This document shows, in pieces, positions 53,522 through 64,000 of a stretch of DNA of 64,000 nucleotides. The first letter of the stretch is position 1. Each line of letters begins with the position of its first letter. The stretch lies in NCBI RefSeq assembly GCF_009914755.1, contig NC_060943.1; one strand, written 5' to 3'. The notes below the pieces were generated by a model. The model had not been told where the DNA came from and did not search any database. It was given only the letters and a program-made list of their open reading frames with translations. A program made the position numbers and the translations under genes. Source of the stretch: the human T2T-CHM13v2.0 reference genome, Homo sapiens.

Positions 53522-53680
53522 AGGGACCTCCCAGTGAGCACTCAGGCATGTCCCGTAACGCCATCATCTTCCTGGTTCTGGGAATCCTGGTTTTTCTGAT
53601 CCTGCTGGGGATCGGGATTTATTTCTATTGGTCCAAATGTTCCCGTGAGGTCCTTTGGCACTGTCATCTGTGTCCCTCGA
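53522..53680 (+). CDS. PVR: PVR exon 6, transmembrane; skipped in gamma, internal GC donor at 53546 for beta, read-through to TGA 53707-53709 for delta
   Basis: tttcag|aggga; [53 protein letters not shown]; donor tcga|gtgagc; 159 nt. Confidence 0.98.
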
Positions 53681-54284
53681 GTGAGCATCACCAGAGCTGC
53701 AGTAATTGAGCACCTACTACGGGCTCTGTGCTGAGTCCTTCCAGTGTGCCTCTCACTGAATCCTCACCCCACTGCCATGAGGTTTCCCCCATTTGACTGA
53801 TGAGGGTGCAGAGCCAGGGAGCCTTGTTCACTGGTTCATTGATTACATTTACAAATATTATTTACAGAGTGGGAGAAGAGCGTATAGGGTCTTAATGCCA
53901 TGGTAGGGACTTTGGAATTTAATTCAGGTGATGTGGGAGTCCCTGCCAGATGGATGGAGGGTGAAATAATGCTTAAGCCCTCAGCCTTACTCCATCTGCC
54001 TTGTTCAGGAGTGACTCCTAGGAGGAGGTGGCAGGAACTGGCACCTCTGATCCTCAGCTCTAAAAGGGTCTGATGCTTTCACACCTCAAGAGATTTGCAC
54101 AGGCCGTTCCCCTGCCTGGAGCACCCTCCCATGGCTCCTTCTGGAGAAGTGTGCCAGCTCATTCTGTAATCAGAGGAACGATGCTTTGCTGAGCACTGTC
54201 TACATGCCACTTTGTATGTATAACCCCCTCGATTTTAATTTTTAATTTTTTTTATTATTTATGTATTTATTTATTTATTTTTGA

Positions 54285-54574
<290 letters not shown>

Positions 54575-55469
54575 TGAATGCCCACAACCACCCAGCAAAG
54601 TGGTTCTCCCGTGAGCCCCATGTTACAGAGGAGGAAGTATTTGCTTTGAGAGATGAAGTTACCTGCCAATGGTCAAACAGCTGGACATGGTTGTTGGGGA
54701 GAAGAAGCCAGATCTTTGACTACCAAGCTTTTCCTTCAACCACTAAACAAAGCTGCTCCCTTACAACCCAGGCGGATACTGCCTCGTCCAGGAAGCCCTC
54801 CCTGACCCCCAAGCATGAGCCAAGCATCCACTAGGCTCTCCCACTCCAGCCTTGCCCATTCTGGGTCATCACCGTGGGGGACTTGTTTGTCATCCCCAGT
54901 GGACTGTGAGCCCCAAGATAGCAGACCTGAGGCTGTCACTGTCATGACTGTGTCCCCAGGACCGCCTACCACTGGGCCGGGCATAAAAGAGGCACTCGAG
55001 GAAGTGTTTGCTGAGTGATTCAATGTGTCAGCTCCAGAGCCAGACTGCCTGTATCTGGGCCCTAAAGCTACTGCTTGATTAGTGATGTCACCATAGGCAA
55101 ATAGCTTAAGCTGTATGACTCAGTTTCCTCATCTGTAAAATGGGGTGATGGTACCTAATAATACAGTAGAGCACTTAACACAGTAGGTGGCACATGGTAA
55201 GCCACATACTGAGTATGTATTTGCTATGATTGTTATTGCTATTATTACTATTATTGTTATTATTAACATAAACTGCACAAGAGCAGGCTTTTTGTTTGTT
55301 TGTTTGTGTTTTGTTTTGAGACAAGATCTTGCTCTGTTGCCCAGACTGGAGTAGTGCAGTGATGTGATCTTGGCTCACTGCAGCCTCAACCTCCCAGGCT
55401 CAGGTGATTCTCCCACCTCAGCCTCTCGAGTAGCTGGGATTATAGGCGTGCACTCCCACGCCTGGCTAA

Positions 55470-55652
<183 letters not shown>

Positions 55653-56071
55653 TAGAATGTACCTGGCACAAAGTAGACATTCACCATTTGCTGAATAATA
55701 CTACTATTTGCTAAATAAACCCCTGTTGAATAGTCTAGGAAACTGAACACAGAGAGGTTAAGTCACTTGTCCAAGTTCACACAGCTCCTAAAGGACAGAG
55801 ATGGAATTTGAACCCATCCATCTGGTTCCAGAGCCAGGCTCGATATTTATGGATATTTCATAACCAAGTGAATAACTGGATGGCTAAATCCTTAGAAAGC
55901 ACACCCTCCATCCCTGTCTGACACACGTGTATACCATTAAGGGAAATGGCACCCCCATGTAATAGCAGAGGCAGAACTTGACATTTTCAGGGCCCTGACA
56001 CCCAGGCATGTCTTCTTCCCATGCTTCCCAGCATTATTCCTTCCTGACGACTTCCCCTCCTATTTCCCCAG

Positions 56072-56103
56072 GTACAGAGCATGCCAGCGCCTCAGCTAAT
56101 GGG
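56072..56103 (+). CDS. PVR: PVR exon 7 (TEHASASANG)
   Basis: ccccag|gtaca; donor aatggg|gtaagt; 32 nt. Confidence 0.96.
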
Positions 56104-56519
56104 GTAAGTGCAGTGTTGGAGCTAAGGAGGGTGTGGGGTCTGCACGAACTACAGACCAGACGTCTTCAGATGCCCACGGCCCGGCCTCAGGAGCCTGGGT
56201 CTTTTCTCCTGGTGCCTCGAGCAGCATTTCCCAACCCTTCCTGCTGGGCGGAATCCCCTGTAGAGTTTGCTAAGACGCAGCCCCAGACAGTCTGGTCTGT
56301 GATGGGGCCAGGGAATCTGCATTTTAATATCCGCTCTCTCCCCCCTGCCCCACGCCCCTTCAATTCCACCCATGGCCACACCTTGAGAAGCACTGCCCTG
56401 GCTTCCAGGGAGAGAGGAGGGGACGGGCCTGCAGTTCTTTGCACATGGGGCTTCAGTGGGAAGATGTTTGATTTTGTTCAAAAGAGCCCCAAGGCTAAAA
56501 TTTGAAAACCCTCTTCTAG

Positions 56520-56591
56520 CATGTCTCCTATTCAGCTGTGAGCAGAGAGAACAGCTCTTCCCAGGATCCACAGACAGAGGGCACAAGGTGA
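56520..56591 (+). CDS. PVR: PVR exon 8 coding part, ITIM VSYSAV, ends DPQTEGTR*
   Basis: ttctag|catgtc; TGA at 56589-56591; total CDS 1254 nt = 417 aa. Confidence 0.97.
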   Translation, partial: HVSYSAVSRENSSSQDPQTEGTR

Positions 56592-56739
56592 CAGCGTCGG
56601 GACTGAGAGGGGAGAGAGACTGGAGCTGGCAAGGACGTGGGCCTCCAGAGTTGGACCCGACCCCAATGGATGAAGACCCCCTCCAAAGAGACCAGCCTCC
56701 CTCCCTGTGCCAGACCTCAAAACGACGGGGGCAGGTGCA

Positions 56740-57530
56740 AGTTCATAGGTCTCCAAGACCACCCTCCTTTCATTTGCTAGAAGGACTCACTAGACTCAGG
56801 AAAGCTGTTAGGCTCACAGTTACAGTTTATTACAGTAAAAGGACAGAGATTAAGATCAGCAAAGGGAGGAGGTGCACAGCACACGTTCCACGACAGATGA
56901 GGCGACGGCTTCCATCTGCCCTCTCCCAGTGGAGCCATATAGGCAGCACCTGATTCTCACAGCAACATGTGACAACATGCAAGAAGTACTGCCAATACTG
57001 CCAACCAGAGCAGCTCACTCGAGATCTTTGTGTCCAGAGTTTTTTGTTTGTCTTGAGACAGGGTCTGGCTCTGTTGGCAGACTAGAGTACAGTGGTGAGA
57101 TCACAGTTCATTGCAGCCTTGACTTCTCAACGCCAAGTCATCCTCCCACCTCAGCCTCCTGAGTAGCTATGACTACAGGTATGTGCCACCACGTCTGGCT
57201 AATCTTTTTATTATTTGTAAAGTCGAGGTTTCCCTGTGTTGCCCAGGCTGGTCTTGAACTCTTGGCTCCAAGTGATACTTCTGCCTTGGCCTCCCAAAGT
57301 GCTGAATTAAGCAGCTCACCATCCACACGGCTGACCTCATACATCAAGCCAATACCGTGTGGCCCAAGACCCCCACCATAAATCACATCATTAGCATGAA
57401 CCACCCAGAGTGGCCCAAGACTCCCAGATCAGCTACCAGGCAGGATATTCCAAGGGCTTAGAGATGAATGCCCAGGAGCTGAGGATAAAGGGCCCGATCT
57501 TTCTTTGGGCAAGGTTAAGCCTTTACTGCA
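56740..57530 (-). mobile_element. MER21-type LTR in the PVR 3'UTR, interrupted by an antisense Alu (~57045-57310)
   Basis: gctagaaggactcac...acagtttattacagtaaaaggacagagattaagatcagcaaaggga motif. Confidence 0.6.
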
Positions 57531-58337
57531 TAGCAGACCACACAGAAGGGTGTGGGCCACCAGAGAATTTTGGTAAAAATTTGGCCTCTGGCCTTGAGCT
57601 TCTAAATCTCTGTATCCGTCAGATCTCTGTGGTTACAAGAAACAGCCACTGACCCTGGTCACCAGAGGCTGCAATTCAGGCCGCAAGCAGCTGCCTGGGG
57701 GGTGTCCAAGGAGCAGAGAAAACTACTAGATGTGAACTTGAAGAAGGTTGTCAGCTGCAGCCACTTTCTGCCAGCATCTGCAGCCACTTTCTGCCAGCAT
57801 CTGCAGCCAGCAAGCTGGGACTGGCAGGAAATAACCCACAAAAGAAGCAAATGCAATTTCCAACACAAGGGGGAAGGGATGCAGGGGGAGGCAGCGCTGC
57901 AGTTGCTCAGGACACGCTCCTATAGGACCAAGATGGATGCGACCCAAGACCCAGGAGGCCCAGCGGCTCAGTGCAACTGACAAGTTAAAAAGGTCTATGA
58001 TCTTGAGGGCAGACAGCAGAATTCCTCTTATAAAGAAAACTGTTTGGGAAAATACGTTGAGGGAGAGAAGACCTTGGGCCAAGATGCTAAATGGGAATGC
58101 AAAGCTTGAGCTGCTCTGCAAGAGAAAATAAGCAGGACAGAGGATTTGCTCTGGACAGAGATGGAAGAGCCGGGAACAGAGAAGTGTGGGGAAGAGATAG
58201 GAACCAGCAGGATGGCAGGGGCAAAGGGCTCAAGGGTGAGGAGGCCAGTGGGACCCCACAGAGTTGGGGAGATAAAGGAACATTGGTTGCTTTGGTGGCA
58301 CGTAAGCTCCTTGTCTGTCTCCAGCACCCAGAATCTC

Positions 58338-58343
58338 ATTAAA
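58338..58343 (+). terminator. PVR: PVR proximal polyA signal (ATTAAA)
   Basis: ATTAAA followed by T/GT-rich sequence; would give a ~3.2 kb mRNA, consistent with the short PVR transcript class. Confidence 0.6.
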
Positions 58344-58555
58344 GCTTATTTATTGTACCTCCAGCGGCTGTGTGCAATGGGGTCTTTTGTGGAAATCAAG
58401 GAGCAGACAGGTTTCATGTGTACTGTCACCACGTGGGATGGAACCAGAGGCATGGAAGCAAGACGCTAAATGAAGAGGGCCATAAGGGCTGGGATTCCCA
58501 GGCACCTTAGGAACAGCTTGTCTTTTTTTTTTTCCTCTCCAAAAAAAATGTTTAA

Positions 58556-58693
<138 letters not shown>

Positions 58694-59012
58694 TAAGCTA
58701 ATTTTTTTAATTAGATAGTACATAAACGTCCCAAAATTAGAAGATAAAAAGACATGAGGGATCCATTCTAATTTGTGTTTGGAGTGTAATGGTCCAGCTC
58801 CATTCTTCTGCACATGGATATCCAGTTTTACACAACACTGTGAATGTAATGAATGCCACTGAATCATACACTCAAAAATAGCTAAAATGGCAAATTGTCT
58901 GTTATCTCTTTTTAACCACCATTTTTGAAAATTAATTATACCAAAAAACCATTGAATAGTGCACTTTATTTATTTATTTATTTGTTTATTTATTTATTTA
59001 TTTTAGAAATAA

Positions 59013-59273
<261 letters not shown>

Positions 59274-60910
59274 TGAGCCACCGCGCCCACCCTGAACCTT
59301 ACTTTTTTTGCTCAGTTTCTGGTAATTCAGAGAATGCCTCCTGAGTTGTTCTACACCCACCTCATATTCCATGGGAGGGCTGTACAGGGCTTTTTTAACG
59401 AGGCCTCTAAGGACAGGCATTTGTATCCTTTCCAGCCTTTCACTATTACAATGTTGTAGTGAATAACTTTACACACTGTCATTTATTTTACTTTTTTTTT
59501 TTTTTATTTTAGAGAAAGGAATCTTGCCATCTTGCCCAGGCTGGTCTCAAATTCCTGGGCCCAAACAATCCTCCCGCCTTGGCCTCCTAAAGTACTGGGA
59601 TTTATAGGCATAAGCCACCGTGCCTGGCCAATGCACACTGTCATTTAGCTCATGTTAACACCTGAGTGTAGGACACACTCCTGGAGGTGGAATTGCTGGG
59701 CCAAAGAGTATGTTTCTTGTCATTGTGATAGATATTGACAAATGAACCCTCACAGAAGTTGTGCTGAGTTCTGTTCCCACCAGCGACGTAGGCGATGACC
59801 TTTTTCTGGAGGGAGGGGGCATCCTTGGAGTCCACAGAGCCAGGAATGGAGAGTGGGCCCAGAATTTTGGTATAGGTGTTGTATAAACTTATAGTAAGGT
59901 TAAGAAAACCGCAACTATCCTTATCAGAGACTTGGCGGGGGGGCAGGGTATGATGGAGATCATAAGGAGGCTAAAACACTCCACACCCTCCCTCTGCATT
60001 GCTCCTGCACGGGAGTCGGGAATCTTTTCAGGTTGATACGATCTCACCTTGAGGAGCTGTGAGGTCCCAGAAGCCTCTGGGTTGCAGATTGCTTGGGGTG
60101 AAAATGTCTGTGCTACTGAAATCTAACTTTTTACAAAAAATTACGGGCTGGGCGCAGTGGCTCACGCCTGTAATCCCAGCACTTTGGGAGGCTGCAGCGG
60201 GTGGATCACTTGAGGTAAGGAGTTCAAGACCAGACCATAGTGAAACCGTGTCTCTACAAAAAAAATTAGCCAGGTGTGGTGGTGCATGCTTGTAATCCCA
60301 GCTACTCAGAAGGCTGAGGTGGGAGAATCCCTTGAACCCGGGAAGTGGAGGCTGGAGTAAACCATGATCGAGTTACTGCACTCCAGCCTGGGTGACAAGA
60401 GTGAGACTCTGTCTCCAAAAAAAAAAAAAAAAAAAAAAAAAACTGGATTGCCTGGCTCTACTCCGGGCACAGCATGCAGGCCCAGTTCTGCTGCTCTGCT
60501 GTTTGTTCTGCTTTCCTCCACATATTGGCATCACCCTCTGGTGCCAAGATGGCTGCTGCATTCCAGGCATCACATCCAGACTCAGACCCAGAGAAGCTGC
60601 CCATCCCTACCTGGGTGAGCCTTTGTAGGAACGAGAAACCGCATCCAGCAGCAGAAACCTCACCCAGCAGCGTCTTTTCCGGTCTCATTCACCAGCGCCG
60701 CCCACCGCTCAACCAATCCCTGGCCAAAAGAATGGGACCGCCTGGAAGGCTGGACCAAACAGGACCTGCCCTCTGGGGCTGGGGAGAGGCCCAGATGAAG
60801 GCTGCAGGACAGGATGGACTCCTAGACCTCTGTTACCAGCAGTGACTACCTCTGTCTGGGTGGTTGGAACATGTTTGAATTTTATTCTAAGTACTGTCTA
60901 CAAGTTCTGC

Positions 60911-60916
60911 AATAAA
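60911..60916 (+). terminator. PVR: PVR distal polyA signal (AATAAA)
   Basis: AATAAA with downstream T-rich tract; would give a ~5.8 kb mRNA. Confidence 0.65.
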
Positions 60917-61078
60917 CCTTGACTCTTCTTTTAATAATGCAAAAGGAATCGAAGTGATTGTTTGAAAGGGAGAGGAAGAAAGAGAGAGGGAGGGAGGGAA
61001 GAATGGAGGGAGGCAGGGAAGGAGACAGAGAGAGTAGAATCCAGCCACCGGAAAATCCAGAATAGCTGGCTTTGCTTA

Positions 61079-61505
<427 letters not shown>

Positions 61506-62269
61506 TTAAGGAACATTGAGGATGTGGAGGATTGGAAATCCCTCCAGGGAAAATACACTTCTCTTGAGCAGGGTCACGAGGGGTGGGGGCAATGTGGGAG
61601 GTGGGGCAAATCCAAAGACAAGGTCAACAGCAATAATAATAATAACAATGACAGGCATTTGTTGCTTGTTGGCTGGGCCTCTTGCATACAGTTCTCCCAA
61701 CATCCCTGTGAGGTGGTGATGCTTATCCCCATTCTCCAGGGGAGGAGGCTGAGGCCCAGAGAGGTGAAGTCGTGTGCCACAAAATACCCCAGCCATATGG
61801 TGGTAGAACCAAGTTTTCAGCCAGACTCACCAGCTCACAGCAGAGCTGCCCTGGACTCTACAGCCATTCAGTGTATAGCTGGGCCACTCCATCATTCAAG
61901 GCAGTTCAACGTCAAGATTCCTGATTTGCCTCAACCTGGGGCCTCTAGAAGATACCATCACCCCCAACAAGCTGAAGACGTGTGTCCGGAACACTCAGAC
62001 ACACACAAAGTGCTATGGATACACCACACCCCGACCTAGCTGTCTCTTCCTGATGGACCTCACTGGGTAGAAATGCCTGGCACCGCCTGCCTCAGATCCC
62101 TAGGTCAGCTCTCACTCCCCAATAGAAGTTTCTGAGATGATGATGAAAACGTTCTCCATCTGTGCTGTCCAATGGAGTAGCCACTGATCACTTGAGGCTA
62201 GTGAGCACTTGAAGGTGGCTAGTTTGAGGAACTGCATTTTTTAATGCATTTAATTTTAGTTACTTTGAA

Positions 62270-63986
<1,717 letters not shown>

Positions 63987-64000
63987 TAACTGGAACTATA

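Noticed and set aside
60474-60845. 123-aa ORF or possible upstream CEACAM19 promoter (AAGATGGC, CCAAT) near the PVR 3' end
   Set aside because: Sequence looks MaLR-derived and no CEACAM19 coding exon lies in the window, so it cannot be supported from sequence alone.

Overview
Human genomic DNA, recognisable as the chr19q13.31 IGSF23-PVR interval. Both genes are on the + strand. IGSF23 has 4 coding exons (8391-30166, 192 aa) plus a probable 3'UTR exon. PVR/CD155 is complete (8 coding exons, 38819-56591, 417 aa) with a CpG-island promoter, alpha/beta/gamma/delta splice signals, a long Alu-rich 3'UTR and the intronic MIR4531 hairpin. The rest is dense with Alu, MIR/L2, MaLR and ERV LTRs, including a heavily deleted HERV-K(HML-3)/MER9 provirus and an HML-2 LTR5 solo LTR, each splitting an Alu. 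There is also an MSR1-type minisatellite and two long AT-rich arrays. Main finding: IGSF23 intron 1 hides an intact 64-nt CEACAM-type leader exon (8673-8736) and a disabled CEACAM N-domain (IgV) exon (12822-13162; one stop codon, one 1-nt frameshift). Both are phase-compatible with a second acceptor 4 nt upstream of the annotated IGSF23 exon 2. Together with the CEACAM B-domain-like Ig exon (B-strand Cys replaced by Trp) and a CEACAM1-like TM exon, they reconstruct a ~287-aa L-N-B-TM-cyt CEACAM-family receptor. The human 192-aa IGSF23 looks like a decapitated, signal-peptide-less remnant of it. No alignments or searches were run: family and repeat names come from recalled sequences, and repeat boundaries are approximate.
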